64,000 nt of DNA, taken from positions 18 to 64,017 of the forward strand of contig VBMG01000046.1 of the NCBI GenBank assembly GCA_005878485.1, read 5' to 3'. Shown here piece by piece: positions 18,670 through 27,999 of this stretch; position 1 is the first letter of the stretch, and every line of letters begins with the position of its first letter. The DNA comes from Methanobacteriota archaeon. Its GTDB lineage: Archaea; Thermoplasmatota; Thermoplasmata; RBG-16-68-12. Made by a program: the position numbers and the translations under genes. The notes beneath the pieces are model-generated. The model was not told where the DNA came from and ran no database searches. It worked only from the letters and a program-made list of their open reading frames with translations.

Positions 18670-18805
18670 AGCGGGGTGGGGTAGCCAGGATATCCCGTCG
18701 GGCTCATAGCTCGGGACTCCAGGTCCCCGGTGAGACACCCGGAGATCGATGGTTCAAAAGGGCCGCGAGGACGCCCCTCCGGCCCGGGACGTCCATCCCC
18801 CGCTA
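18670..18805 (+). tRNA. initiator tRNA-Met (CAU) with two predicted introns (28 nt at 37/38; ~33 nt in the T-loop near 59/60); predicted mature length 75 nt
   Basis: AGCGGGG/CCCCGCU acceptor with A1:U72. D arm GGGU-AGCCAGGAUA-UCCC. Anticodon stem UCGGG/CCCGG with three G:C pairs, loop CUCAUA. T stem GAUGG/CCAUC. Intron 1 forms a BHB (CUCA:UGAG central helix, UCGGG:CCCGG intron helix). Confidence 0.65.
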
Positions 18806-18864
18806 TCGAACGCGGGCGTACGCGACGCGGTCTCCCTGGTCGGCTCCCGAGGTTGCGTGACGAT

Positions 18865-18886
18865 GTTAACCTTGTTCAAGGTTAAC
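18865..18886. terminator. perfect 22-nt palindrome GTTAACCTTG-TT-CAAGGTTAAC followed by T-rich tract (likely tRNA terminator; could also be a dimeric regulator site)
   Basis: Located 60 nt after the tRNAi-Met 3' end and about 95 nt before the kaiC-like start; followed by tttctcttttcc. Confidence 0.35.
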
Positions 18887-18979
18887 CGGGATTTCTCTTT
18901 TCCTATACAAACTACTGCGGCCTGATTCTCACGTCGCAACGTTTATCGGCAGTGGCTCGGGTGGTCCGGCAGGCTTTCG

Positions 18980-20065
18980 ATGGATCGCGTCAAGACGGGC
19001 ATCGTGGGCCTCGACACGATGCTGAACGGCGGCCTTCTGCCCGCCCGACCGTACGTCATCTCCGGGCCCACCGGGAGCGGCAAGACGATCCTCTCGGCGC
19101 ACTTCCTGCTCGAGGGGCTCGGCCAGCACGAACCCTGCCTGCTCGTCACCCTCGACGAACCTCCGATTGAGGTCAAGTCGAACATGGCGACGTTCGGGTG
19201 GAACCTCGACCGGCTCAAGATCCTCGACGCGACCCCGGACATCCGGGCCCACAAGAGGCAGCGGTCCGTGATCGACGTCGGCACGGCCCTCGATGTCCGG
19301 GACATGGAGGACGTCACGGAGATCCGACAGTCTTCCGGGATCCGCGCCCTCGAGGTCAACGTGCACAGCGTCCAGAAGATGATCAAACAGGAGTTCGCTC
19401 ACCATCTCGAGCGGACGAAGGAGCGCTACAAGCGGATCGTGATCGACTCGATGACGGCCCTCAAGATGTTCTCGATGCAGGGCCAGGACAGCCGGGTGCT
19501 GACCCAGTCCTTCCTCCGGTTCCTCGCCGAACTCGAGTCGACGACCCTGATCGTCTCCGAGCGCCTGGACCGGAAGATCCTCGAAACGGAGTTCTTCCTC
19601 TCCCGCGGCGAGATTCGCCTGCACAAGTGGGTCGACGGAAGCGTGGTCCGCCGGGCGATCTCGATCGAGAAGTTCCGCGGCTCGGCGTTCGACGACAAGA
19701 TGCGACCCGTGTCGATTACGGACAAAGGGATGGTCGTCTATCTCGACGGCCCGGCCCAGACGCGCGTCGCCTCGGCGGGCCCCATCGCGGGCGAATCGCT
19801 CCTCGAGACCCGCCTCATCGACGAAGTCTCGAACGTGATCGAGTCGGTCATGAAGGGGATCGAGGATGCCCACCGCCGCCAAGTCCCAATCCGCGACGTT
19901 GAGGTGTCCCTGTCCCGCGCCATGCTCGCGTTCCAGCGCCGGAACTACCGGAAGGCGATGAAGATCGCGCTCGGCTGCGACTCGGACCTGAAAGAACGAC
20001 TGCGCCAGGCGCCGCCCGCGCCGCCCACGGCGATTCCACCCCGACCGCCGCTGGTGGCCCGATGA
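18980..20065 (+). CDS. KaiC-like RecA-superfamily ATPase (single KaiC domain plus C-terminal extension)
   Basis: GLDTMLNGGLLPARPYVISGPTGSGKT (Walker A), LLVTLDEPP, Walker B IVIDSMTAL. TATA-like gtttatc about 35 nt upstream. Confidence 0.85.
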   Translation: MDRVKTGIVGLDTMLNGGLLPARPYVISGPTGSGKTILSAHFLLEGLGQHEPCLLVTLDEPPIEVKSNMATFGWNLDRLKILDATPDIRAHKRQRSVIDVGTALDVRDMEDVTEIRQSSGIRALEVNVHSVQKMIKQEFAHHLERTKERYKRIVIDSMTALKMFSMQGQDSRVLTQSFLRFLAELESTTLIVSERLDRKILETEFFLSRGEIRLHKWVDGSVVRRAISIEKFRGSAFDDKMRPVSITDKGMVVYLDGPAQTRVASAGPIAGESLLETRLIDEVSNVIESVMKGIEDAHRRQVPIRDVEVSLSRAMLAFQRRNYRKAMKIALGCDSDLKERLRQAPPAPPTAIPPRPPLVAR

Positions 20066-20826
20066 CGGCCGCGGCGAAGATCCGTACGGGGATCGCCGGA
20101 CTCGACAAGATGCTCCACGGCGGATTCGTCCCCGGCCGGCCATACATCGTGTCCGGCCCGCCCGGCGCGGGCAAGACGATCCTCGCCATGCAGTTCCTCC
20201 GCGAGGGCTTGGAGGGCGGGGAACGCTGCCTGTTCGTCGCACTCGAGGAGCCGCCGAACGAGCTGAAGATCAACATGCGCGGGTTCCGCTGGAACCTGGA
20301 CGACCTCGACGTCCTCGATGCGAACTCCGACATCCGACGCTTCGAGCCCACCCCAATCCTGGAAATCTCGACGGAGGAGGAGCCGATCAAAGTCCGAGCC
20401 TTGGGAGATCGGATCCGCAAGACCCCGGACTTCGAGAGCAAAGAGGTCACGGTCCACTCGCTGCAACAGCTGCTGAAGACCCTGTTGCTCAAGAGGAACT
20501 ACGAGCGGGTCGTGATCGATTCGATTACCGCGTTGAAGTACTTCTGCATGCGCGAGTTCGAGGAGGCCGTCACGACGCAGTCGTTCATGCGGTACCTCGC
20601 GGAGTCGAAGGTGACCTCCCTGCTCACGCTCGAGCTCCCGGAGGAGGGCGAGGTCCCGCCGGAGGCCTTCCTCGCCCGCGGGGAAATCCGACTGCACAAG
20701 CTCCGCGATGAAACGGGGATCAAGCGGTTCATCTCCGTCGAGAAGTACAAGGGTTCCTCCCACGACGAATTCGTCTACGCGTTCGACATCACGAACGCCG
20801 GGATCGTCCTGAACACGGCGGCGTAA
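20062..20826 (+). CDS. KaiC-like RecA-superfamily ATPase (paralog, tandem)
   Basis: GLDKMLHGGFVPGRPYIVSGPPGAGKT, LFVALEEPP, VVIDSITAL. ATGA overlap with the upstream kaiC-like gene. Confidence 0.85.
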   Translation: MTAAAKIRTGIAGLDKMLHGGFVPGRPYIVSGPPGAGKTILAMQFLREGLEGGERCLFVALEEPPNELKINMRGFRWNLDDLDVLDANSDIRRFEPTPILEISTEEEPIKVRALGDRIRKTPDFESKEVTVHSLQQLLKTLLLKRNYERVVIDSITALKYFCMREFEEAVTTQSFMRYLAESKVTSLLTLELPEEGEVPPEAFLARGEIRLHKLRDETGIKRFISVEKYKGSSHDEFVYAFDITNAGIVLNTAA

Positions 20827-20912
20827 ACTCAATTCGCCTTCGGACGCCGTTTTCTCGCGGCAGCCCGACGGCGGATGTCAACGCGGAGTTTGTCTGACAT
20901 ATGTATGACTAC

Positions 20913-20921
20913 TTTTAAATA
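20913..20921 (+). promoter_or_regulatory. TATA-like box (ttttaaata) upstream of ftsZ
   Basis: AT-rich nonamer in an otherwise GC-rich context, about 55 nt upstream of the chosen ftsZ ATG. Confidence 0.35.
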
Positions 20922-20973
20922 GGGCCAGATGGATTCGGCCGGCCGTCAGTCTCCTTCGGGATGGGATGGCACA

Positions 20974-22107
20974 ATGAAATCGCTTCTCAACGAGGCTCTG
21001 GCCCGACACCAGGAAGCCGAAGCAAAGGAAGAGCGCGAAGCCGCGAAGCCTAAGGCCGTCGACAAGAAGACGGGCGACGATGAAGAGATCGAGAAGATCG
21101 TCGAATCGATCAACGTCTCGATCAAGATCGTCGGCTGCGGCGGCGGCGGATCGAATACGATCAACCGGTGCAGCGAAGCCGGAATCACGGGCGCACAGCT
21201 CGCCGCGGTGAACACGGATGCGAAGCACCTGCTGTCCGTCCACGCGCCGAAGAAGATCCTCATCGGGAAGCGGCTCACGAAAGGCCTCGGCGCGGGCGCC
21301 CTCCCCGAGGTCGGGGAGCAGGCGGCTCACGAGAACGAAGAGGAGATCCGTGAGTTTCTCCGCGGCGCCCACGTCGTGTTCATCACGGCCGGCATGGGCG
21401 GCGGGACCGGGACCGGCTCCGCGCAGTACGTCGCGCGGGTCGCGAAAGAGGAAGGCGCCCTCACGATGGGCGTGGTCACGATGCCGTTCAAGTCCGAGGG
21501 CCGAATCCGCATGGAGAACGCGGAGGCTGGCCTGGACAAGCTGCGCAAGTTCAGCGACACGACGATCGTCATCTACAACGACAAGCTCCTCGAGCTCGTG
21601 CCTCGCCTTCCAATCAACGCGGCGTTCAAGGTCGCGGACGAGATCCTCATGCAGTCGATCAAAGGAATGACGGAGATCATCACGAAGCCGGGCCTCGTGA
21701 ACCTCGACTACGCCGACCTCATGACGATCATGAAGGGCGGTGGCGTTGCGATGATCGGGATCGGCGAGAGCGAGGAAGAGCGGGATCGGATCGACTATGC
21801 GATCAACGAGGCGCTCGAGTCCCCGCTGCTCGGCGAGGTCGACCTGACCCACGCTCGCGGCGCCCTCGTCCGCGTCGTCGGCGGACCCGACCTGACGGTC
21901 TCGGAAGCGGAGAAGGCCGCCGAAATCGTCGGCCAGAAGATCAACCCGCAGGCGCGGATCATCTGGGGCTGCTCCGTCGAGGACACGCTGGACCACACGG
22001 CCCGGGTGCTCCTCGTCATCACGGGCGTGAAGTCGAAGTCGCTGCTCGGTAAGGAGATCTACACGGGCCCCGTCAAGACGTCCGCCGAAGTGGACGAAGT
22101 ACGCTGA
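20974..22107 (+). CDS. ftsZ: cell division GTPase FtsZ
   Basis: Tubulin signature [26 protein letters not shown]. Start at [10 protein letters not shown]; the ORF could start 15 codons earlier. Confidence 0.9.
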   Translation: MKSLLNEALARHQEAEAKEEREAAKPKAVDKKTGDDEEIEKIVESINVSIKIVGCGGGGSNTINRCSEAGITGAQLAAVNTDAKHLLSVHAPKKILIGKRLTKGLGAGALPEVGEQAAHENEEEIREFLRGAHVVFITAGMGGGTGTGSAQYVARVAKEEGALTMGVVTMPFKSEGRIRMENAEAGLDKLRKFSDTTIVIYNDKLLELVPRLPINAAFKVADEILMQSIKGMTEIITKPGLVNLDYADLMTIMKGGGVAMIGIGESEEERDRIDYAINEALESPLLGEVDLTHARGALVRVVGGPDLTVSEAEKAAEIVGQKINPQARIIWGCSVEDTLDHTARVLLVITGVKSKSLLGKEIYTGPVKTSAEVDEVR

Positions 22108-22160
22108 CCTCCTCCTCTTTTTACCCGAACCTTTTTCCTTTTCTCCTCTATCGGCCGAGC

Positions 22161-22490
22161 GTGAGCACGCGGCGGCCGAGGTATCGGTACATCGCGTTCC
22201 GCCTCGAAGGCCCGCGACCGTTCCGTCGGGACGAGGTGCTCGAGGCCCTTCGGACGACGACACCGCGGCTTCGGCTTGTGGACTTCGCAGGGACGTCGGG
22301 CCTCGTCCAGACGAACCATCTTGACAAAGACGCCGCGATTCATGCGCTGACCGCCATCGGAACCATGGGCGGCGAACGGGTCCGCGTGACGACGGTCGGC
22401 ACGTCGGGGACGATTCGCGCGGCGACGCGGAAGTACCTGAGCCGGGTGGACAGCCCGCCACGAGAACCCGGAAAGAACCCTTATAAGTGA
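22161..22490 (+). CDS. rnp2: RNase P protein component 2 (Pop5/Rnp2)
   Basis: RPRYRYIAFRLEG... Pop5-like N-terminus. Position immediately upstream of psmA matches the conserved archaeal superoperon. GTG start. Confidence 0.7.
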   Translation: MSTRRPRYRYIAFRLEGPRPFRRDEVLEALRTTTPRLRLVDFAGTSGLVQTNHLDKDAAIHALTAIGTMGGERVRVTTVGTSGTIRAATRKYLSRVDSPPREPGKNPYK

Positions 22491-22520
22491 CCGCTTTATT
22501 AGCGACCCGAGGTTTATCAT

Positions 22521-23246
22521 ATGCAACCGGGCCAGATGGCGTACGACCGTGCGATTACGGTCTTCAGCCCCGACGGCCGCCTTTTCCAGGTTGAGTACGC
22601 TCGCGTCGCGGTCACCCGCGGCAACACGACGGTCGGCCTGAAGTTCAAGGACGGGATCGTCCTGATGGCCGACAAGAAGATCGGGTCGCGGCTCGTTGAG
22701 ACCTCGTCGATTGAGAAGATCTTCCAGATCGACGAGCACGTGGGCGCGGCGACGTCCGGCCTCGTGGCCGACGCACGGGTCCTCGTGGACTACGCCCGGC
22801 TCGTCGCCCAGATCAACAAGGTCACGTACAGCGAGAAGATCGGCGTGGACTTGCTCGTCAAGCGGATTTGCGACTACAAGCAGAACTATACGCAGTACGG
22901 CGGCGTCCGGCCGTTCGGGACTGCGCTCCTCGTGGCCGGCGTGGACGACCTCGGCACCCATCTCTTCGAGACGGACCCGAGCGGGGCCCTGGTCTCGTAT
23001 AAGGCCGGCAGCATCGGCCAGGGCCGCCAGGCCGTCATGGAGCTCCTCGAAGAGAAGTACAAGGAGGCCATGTCGAAGGACGACGCGATGCTACTCGGAC
23101 TCCAAGGGCTTCAGAAGGCCGCGGAAGGCGAGAAGCTCGACGCCCGCGCCATCGAGGTCGGCCTGATCGTCGAGGGGGAGAAGTTCCGCCGACTGTCCGA
23201 GGCGGAAGTCGGGCAATATCTCACTCGACTCCCCGCGGCATCTTAG
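22521..23246 (+). CDS. psmA: proteasome subunit alpha
   Basis: [27 protein letters not shown]... near-identical to the Thermoplasma PsmA N-terminus. GAGGT SD 7 nt upstream. Confidence 0.95.
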   Translation: MQPGQMAYDRAITVFSPDGRLFQVEYARVAVTRGNTTVGLKFKDGIVLMADKKIGSRLVETSSIEKIFQIDEHVGAATSGLVADARVLVDYARLVAQINKVTYSEKIGVDLLVKRICDYKQNYTQYGGVRPFGTALLVAGVDDLGTHLFETDPSGALVSYKAGSIGQGRQAVMELLEEKYKEAMSKDDAMLLGLQGLQKAAEGEKLDARAIEVGLIVEGEKFRRLSEAEVGQYLTRLPAAS

Positions 23247-23254
23247 GCGAGGTC

Positions 23255-23995
23255 ATGCCAAAAGAGCTACGATCGGACCGTCGGGACGATATCTTCAAGG
23301 AATATGTGATTGCCCGCGTCGAGAAAGCGGGCGAGAAGTTCGAGGTCCTCGTGAAGCCCGAGGCCGTTCAGAAGATTCGGGACGGCAAGGACGTGGACCT
23401 GCTGCGCGAGCTCGCGATCGACGAGATCTTCAAGGATGCCCACAAAGGATCGAAGGCGTCCGAGGAGAAGATGACGGAGTTCTTCGGGACCACCGAGGCG
23501 CTCGCCGTCGCGAAACAGATCATCCAACGGGGCGAGATCCAGCTCACGACGGAACAGCGTCGCCAGATGCTCGAGACGAAGCGCAAGCAAATCGTCCAAT
23601 ACATCGCGGCGAACGCGATCAACCCGCAGACGGGCGCGCCCCATCCTCCGCAGCGGATCGAGATCGCGATGGAGGAGGCGAAGGTCCATGTCGATCCGTT
23701 CAAGGCCGTCGAAGAACAGGTCAAGGAGGTCCTGGACGCGTTGCGGCCCCTGATTCCGATCCGGTTCGAAAAGGTCCGGATCGCCGTCAAGTTGAGCGCC
23801 GAAGACAGCGCGAAGGCCTACGGGGACCTCAAGTCGTTCGGTTTGATTCTCAAAGAGGAGTGGTCTCCGACGGGCGCCTGGATCGGTGTCGTCGAGATGC
23901 CCGCCGGCCTGCAGACGGAGTTCCTTGAGCGGCTCAATGCGAAGACGAAGGGCAACGTCGAGACCCGGATCCTGAAGGCAGATCAACGAATCTAG
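23255..23995 (+). CDS. sdo1: ribosome maturation factor SBDS/Sdo1
   Basis: SBDS N-terminal domain ([32 protein letters not shown]) and C-terminal ferredoxin-like domain; standard superoperon position. Confidence 0.9.
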   Translation: MPKELRSDRRDDIFKEYVIARVEKAGEKFEVLVKPEAVQKIRDGKDVDLLRELAIDEIFKDAHKGSKASEEKMTEFFGTTEALAVAKQIIQRGEIQLTTEQRRQMLETKRKQIVQYIAANAINPQTGAPHPPQRIEIAMEEAKVHVDPFKAVEEQVKEVLDALRPLIPIRFEKVRIAVKLSAEDSAKAYGDLKSFGLILKEEWSPTGAWIGVVEMPAGLQTEFLERLNAKTKGNVETRILKADQRI

Positions 23996-24063
23996 CCGCT
24001 CTTGTCTCGTGGCCTGCGCCCCGACCGAGGAATTCGCAGACGGCAATGGGTCGTGGTAAGATC

Positions 24064-24441
24064 TCAGCGGCGCGCCGGCTGGAAGAGTTCAATGGGGTTG
24101 CCGGATGGGTCGTCGACTACAATCTGGGACCCGCCGGGTCCTGTCACGATCGTGTTGCGGAACCGCAAGCCGGCCGCGCGGAGCCGAGCGACCTCGGCGG
24201 CGATGTCGTCCACCACGAGCTGGATCCGATTCCATCCGCCGGGAGCCGGCTGGCGGCCGTCGGGCATCGGTCGTCCTGCCGAACTGGTCGGGCCACTCAG
24301 CAGCAACCGAAGGTCCTCGAGCAGCACATCGGCGAAGGCCGGTGCTGCGTTGGAGAGGAGTCTGAAGCCGAAGTGCGTCGTGTAGAAGGCAACGGCGGCA
24401 TCGACGTCGTTGACCATGTACCGTACGTTGAACCTCGTCAT
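24064..24441 (-). CDS. VOC (glyoxalase/bleomycin-resistance) family protein
   Basis: Two beta-alpha-beta-beta-beta modules. Opposite strand, inserted between sdo1 and rrp4. Confidence 0.75.
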   Translation of the reverse strand: MTRFNVRYMVNDVDAAVAFYTTHFGFRLLSNAAPAFADVLLEDLRLLLSGPTSSAGRPMPDGRQPAPGGWNRIQLVVDDIAAEVARLRAAGLRFRNTIVTGPGGSQIVVDDPSGNPIELFQPARR

Positions 24442-24600
24442 CGGATCCTTCCGCCCTCACCAAGACGAGATATTTGAACCTGCGGAGGTCGCCCAGCCGA
24501 GCCGGCGAGTGGGACTCGATTCGCCTTCGCGCGTCCCTTGAAACCGGAAGCCTCAAGTAGGCGCCGCTGTTTCGAAGCGGTGCGTGAGAGAGAGAAACCA

Positions 24601-25290
24601 ATGCAGGGCAGTGGGTCGCTTCGCCCGATCGTCATTCCTGGCGAAGCCGTCGGTGGCCCCGGGCTGAAACCGGGCCCCGGAACGTACAGCGAAGGCGGAC
24701 GACTTTTCGCGGCGCAACTGGGCATTCGGGACGAGCACGATGGCCTGGTCAGCGTGATTCCCCTTAACGGACGGTACCTGCCGCGGCGCGGCGATGCCGT
24801 GATCGGCGAGATCGTCGACCTCGGTCCTTCCCACTGGCTCGTGGACATCAACTCCCCGTATCCCGCTCCCCTCCACGCGACGGAGTCCGCTTGGCGCGTC
24901 GAGTTCGGCGACACCTCGCGATACCTGAAAGTCGGCGACGTCATCATGTGCCACGTCCTGAGCGTCGATGAGATCAAACGGGTCCAGCTCACGATGTCGG
25001 AGCGGGAAGCGCGGAAGCTGAGCGGCGGCATCCTGATGGAGGTCTCTCCGACCAAGGTGCCGCGGGTGATCGGGAAGCAGGCGAGCATGGTGTCCCTGAT
25101 CAAAGACCTGACCCGTTGCCAGATTTACGTGGGTCAGAACGGTCGAATCTGGCTGGACGGGGACGACCGCAGCACCGCGCTCGCCGCGATGGCGATTCGG
25201 TTGATCGAGGACCGGGCCCAAGCGTCCGGCCTCACCGAGGCGGTTCGGGAACTGATCGAGAAGGAAGCGCGAGGGCCGAGGCCCTCGTGA
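24601..25290 (+). CDS. rrp4: exosome RNA-binding subunit Rrp4 (S1 + KH domains)
   Basis: S1 domain ([20 protein letters not shown]) and KH domain ([30 protein letters not shown]). Start at MQGSGS. Confidence 0.9.
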   Translation: MQGSGSLRPIVIPGEAVGGPGLKPGPGTYSEGGRLFAAQLGIRDEHDGLVSVIPLNGRYLPRRGDAVIGEIVDLGPSHWLVDINSPYPAPLHATESAWRVEFGDTSRYLKVGDVIMCHVLSVDEIKRVQLTMSEREARKLSGGILMEVSPTKVPRVIGKQASMVSLIKDLTRCQIYVGQNGRIWLDGDDRSTALAAMAIRLIEDRAQASGLTEAVRELIEKEARGPRPS

Positions 25291-25301
25291 GGAGGGTTTT
25301 C

Positions 25302-26132
25302 ATGGAAGACATCGAGCACTTTGCGAAGGCGATGAAGTTGATTGACGCAGACGGACGCCGGCTGGATGGCCGCAAGTTCAACGAACTGCGACCAATCCGA
25401 ATCGAGGCCGGAGTCCTGCGGCGCGCGGACGGTTCCGCGTACATGGAATGGGGCGGGAACAAGGTCCTCGCGGCCGTCTACGGTCCGCGCGAAGCCCACC
25501 CGAGGCACCTCCAAGATCCGGCGCGGGCGCTCGTCCAGTGTCGGTACAACATGGCGCCGTTCAGCGTCACGGACCGCAAACGTCCGGGCCCCGATCGGCG
25601 TTCGGTCGAAATCTCGAAGGTAATCTCCGAGGCCTTCAGCTCCGTCGTCTTCGCAGAGCAGTTCCCGCGCACGTCCGTGGACATCTTCATCGAGGTCCTC
25701 CAAGCGGACGCAGGGACTCGGTGCGCGGGCTTGACCGCAGCGAGCGTGGCGCTCGCGGATGCCGGCGTCCCGATGCGGGACCTCGTGGCGTCATGCGCGT
25801 CCGGCAAGATTGACGGCGTCGTGTGCCTCGACCTGAACAAGGACGAGGACAACTTCGGGGACGCAGACTGTCCCACGGCCGTCGTCCCGCGCACGGGGGA
25901 GATCGTGCTGCTCCAGATGGACGGGCACCTCACGTCCGATGAGTTCGAGAAGGCCATGGATCTCTCGATCGACGCGGCTCGGCGGATTTACGACCTGCAG
26001 CGCGACGCACTCCGCCGACGATACTCCGTCACCCTTGAAGACATCCTGAAGGAATCTCCGCCGGTCCCGTCGCCCATGCAGCCGGAGGGACGGCTGCCGT
26101 CCGAAGACGACTTCGGTCCGGAGGGGATCTGA
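25302..26132 (+). CDS. rrp41: exosome catalytic subunit Rrp41 (RNase PH domain)
   Basis: RNase PH fold ([25 protein letters not shown]...). GGAGGG SD. Start at MEDIEHF. Confidence 0.9.
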   Translation: MEDIEHFAKAMKLIDADGRRLDGRKFNELRPIRIEAGVLRRADGSAYMEWGGNKVLAAVYGPREAHPRHLQDPARALVQCRYNMAPFSVTDRKRPGPDRRSVEISKVISEAFSSVVFAEQFPRTSVDIFIEVLQADAGTRCAGLTAASVALADAGVPMRDLVASCASGKIDGVVCLDLNKDEDNFGDADCPTAVVPRTGEIVLLQMDGHLTSDEFEKAMDLSIDAARRIYDLQRDALRRRYSVTLEDILKESPPVPSPMQPEGRLPSEDDFGPEGI

Positions 26133-26911
26133 TGAGCGAGGAGATCGTGTCCGAGCTCATGCGGGCTCACGTCTACCGCCTTGCGTCGACGGGGCAGCGG
26201 CTGGACGGCCGAGCTCTCGACGAGCCGCGGAAGGTGAGCCTCGAGCGGGCGTTCGTCAAGACGGCGGAAGGGAGCGCCCGCGTGAAGCTCGGCAACACGG
26301 ATGTCTTGGTCGGCATCAAGATGTCCGTGGGCGAACCGTATCCCGACACCCCGAACACAGGCGTCCTCTCGACGAGCGTCGAGCTGATCCCGATGGCGAG
26401 CCCGACCTTCGAGGCGGGACCCCCGCGACCCGAAGCGATCGAACTCGCACGGGTCGTGGACCGCGGGATTCGCGAGTCGAAGATGGTGAGCATGGAGAAG
26501 CTCTGCATCACGCCGAAGGAGAAGGTCTGGATCCTCTTCATCGATATCCATGTCCTCGACTACGACGGGAACCTGTTCGACGCGTGCTCGTACGCCGCCG
26601 TGGCGGCCCTCGCGTCGACGGTTGCGCCCGCAAAGAGCCTGGGGCTCGGGGACGACTTCCCGCTCCCAGTCGAGCACTGGCCCGTGAGTGTCACGACGGC
26701 GAAGATCAAGGATCGACTCTTGGTCGACCCAAGCCTCGACGAAGAGCGGATGGCGGACGCGCGGCTCACCGTGACGACGGACGAGAACGGAGACATCCGC
26801 GCGATGCAAAAAGGCTTAAGTGGAACCTTCTCTTACGACGAAGTGAAGGGGATTATCGAGACCGCCCAGCGAGTCGGGCGGCGCATCCGCCCCTTGCTTC
26901 AATCGTCCTGA
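26132..26911 (+). CDS. rrp42: exosome subunit Rrp42 (RNase PH-like)
   Basis: RNase PH-like. ATGA overlap with rrp41. Confidence 0.9.
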   Translation: MSEEIVSELMRAHVYRLASTGQRLDGRALDEPRKVSLERAFVKTAEGSARVKLGNTDVLVGIKMSVGEPYPDTPNTGVLSTSVELIPMASPTFEAGPPRPEAIELARVVDRGIRESKMVSMEKLCITPKEKVWILFIDIHVLDYDGNLFDACSYAAVAALASTVAPAKSLGLGDDFPLPVEHWPVSVTTAKIKDRLLVDPSLDEERMADARLTVTTDENGDIRAMQKGLSGTFSYDEVKGIIETAQRVGRRIRPLLQSS

Positions 26912-26919
26912 GGTCTTCC

Positions 26920-27207
26920 GTGGCCCGTCGCACGCGAAAGGCAGGCATCGTTGGCCGATTCGGCCCCCGCTATGGAGTGCGTATCCGCCGACGGGTCCAA
27001 GAAATCGAGGAAGGCCTGAAGCACCGGCACGCGTGCCCGCGATGCGCTGCGATCTCCGTTCACCGTCGTTCGACCGGCGTGTGGGAATGCCGGCGCTGCG
27101 GTTACGTCTTCGCGGGAGGCGCATACCGTCCGATCGTCACGACGTCGTTCAAACGCGAGATCGCCGAGACCGCTGAGAAACCCGAACCGAAGGCGAAAGA
27201 GGCCTGA
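26920..27207 (+). CDS. rpl37ae: 50S ribosomal protein L37Ae
   Basis: RTRKAGIVGRFGPRYG...CPRCAA...WECRRCGYVFAGGAY zinc ribbon. GTG start with GAGGT SD overlapping the rrp42 stop. Confidence 0.9.
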   Translation: MARRTRKAGIVGRFGPRYGVRIRRRVQEIEEGLKHRHACPRCAAISVHRRSTGVWECRRCGYVFAGGAYRPIVTTSFKREIAETAEKPEPKAKEA

Positions 27208-27208
27208 G

Positions 27209-27343
27209 ATGTACAAGTGCGCGAAGTGCCTCGAGCCCATCCGAGCGAACATCAACACGGTGGGAATTCAGTGTGAGCGATGCGGCTCGAAGATGTTCTA
27301 CAAGGAGCGGCCGAACGTCAAGAAGGTCGTCAAGGCGCTGTGA
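27209..27343 (+). CDS. rpoP: DNA-directed RNA polymerase subunit P (RpoP/Rpc10)
   Basis: Hand-translated 44 aa MYKCAKCLEPIRANINTVGIQCERCGSKMFYKERPNVKKVVKAL with CxxC...CxxC zinc ribbon. Not in the ORF track (too short); standard position after L37ae. Confidence 0.8.
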   Translation: MYKCAKCLEPIRANINTVGIQCERCGSKMFYKERPNVKKVVKAL

Positions 27344-27345
27344 CG

Positions 27346-27579
27346 ATGCGACGCGCGACGATCACGTTCGATGGGGCCGACGCGGCGATGGTCTATGAGG
27401 CGTTGCGGCCGGAGACCGGACGCGACGTGCCGAAGGCCCACGTCTCGATGGTGTCCCGTCGGAATCGGCTGACGCTCGGGATCGAGGCAGACGACACGAG
27501 CGCCCTGAGGGCCGCCGTGAACTCGTACTTGCGATGGGCGGACGTGGCCGTCCGGGTGGGGCGGGAAGTGAAACGGTGA
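27346..27579 (+). CDS. pcc1: KEOPS complex subunit Pcc1
   Basis: 77 aa. C-terminal SALRAAVNSYLRWADVAVRV matches the Pcc1 signature (ALRGTVNSYLRWIKAAIDV in Pyrococcus Pcc1). Internal ATG 3 nt after the rpoP stop. Confidence 0.75.
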   Translation: MRRATITFDGADAAMVYEALRPETGRDVPKAHVSMVSRRNRLTLGIEADDTSALRAAVNSYLRWADVAVRVGREVKR

Positions 27580-27941
27580 AAGACATCTCTCCGCAACTCC
27601 AGAACCAGATCGCGCAGTATCAGCAGCTGCAAAACCAGCTCCAGGTCCTCGGGACCCAGCGCGTCCAGCTCGAGGCGAAGTTGCGGGAGATCGAAGGAAC
27701 GCTCGAAGAGCTCGGGAAGATCTCGGGCGAGACGCCGATCTACAAGAGCATCGGAATGCTCCTCGTGCGGCAAGACGACCGCGAGGCGCTGAAGAAGGAG
27801 CTCGAGGAGCACAAGGAGACCCTGACGATCCGCGTGAAGTCGATCCAGAAGCAGGAGAAGTCCCTGTCGGAGCGGTACGAGGATCTCGCGGGCAAGATTC
27901 AATCGGCGCTCGGCACGACGCCCTCGGCCGCGGAGGGCTGA
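27576..27941 (+). CDS. pfdB: prefoldin subunit beta
   Basis: Coiled-coil, hairpin, coiled-coil (QLQNQIAQYQQLQNQLQVL...). GTGA overlap with pcc1. Confidence 0.85.
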   Translation: MKDISPQLQNQIAQYQQLQNQLQVLGTQRVQLEAKLREIEGTLEELGKISGETPIYKSIGMLLVRQDDREALKKELEEHKETLTIRVKSIQKQEKSLSERYEDLAGKIQSALGTTPSAAEG

Positions 27942-27999
27942 ATTCTCTCCCGATAACACCGCCGCAAATCCTTATATCAGCAGGCTTATTGGCGACCTC

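Noticed and set aside
18584-18979. Possible SRP RNA or RNase P RNA in the 400-bp non-coding gap
   Set aside because: No GGAAG/AGCAGCC helix-8 motif and no RNase P P4 (AAAGUCCGG) elements are present. The structured part is fully explained by an intron-containing tRNAi-Met plus a terminator palindrome.
22507-22520. aggtttatcat directly upstream of psmA as a TATA box (the same gtttatc string occurs before the tRNA at 18601 and kaiC at 18941)
   Set aside because: It is too close to the ATG (10 nt). Here it functions as GAGGT Shine-Dalgarno plus spacer. The recurrence of gtttatc is noted but not shown to be a promoter consensus.
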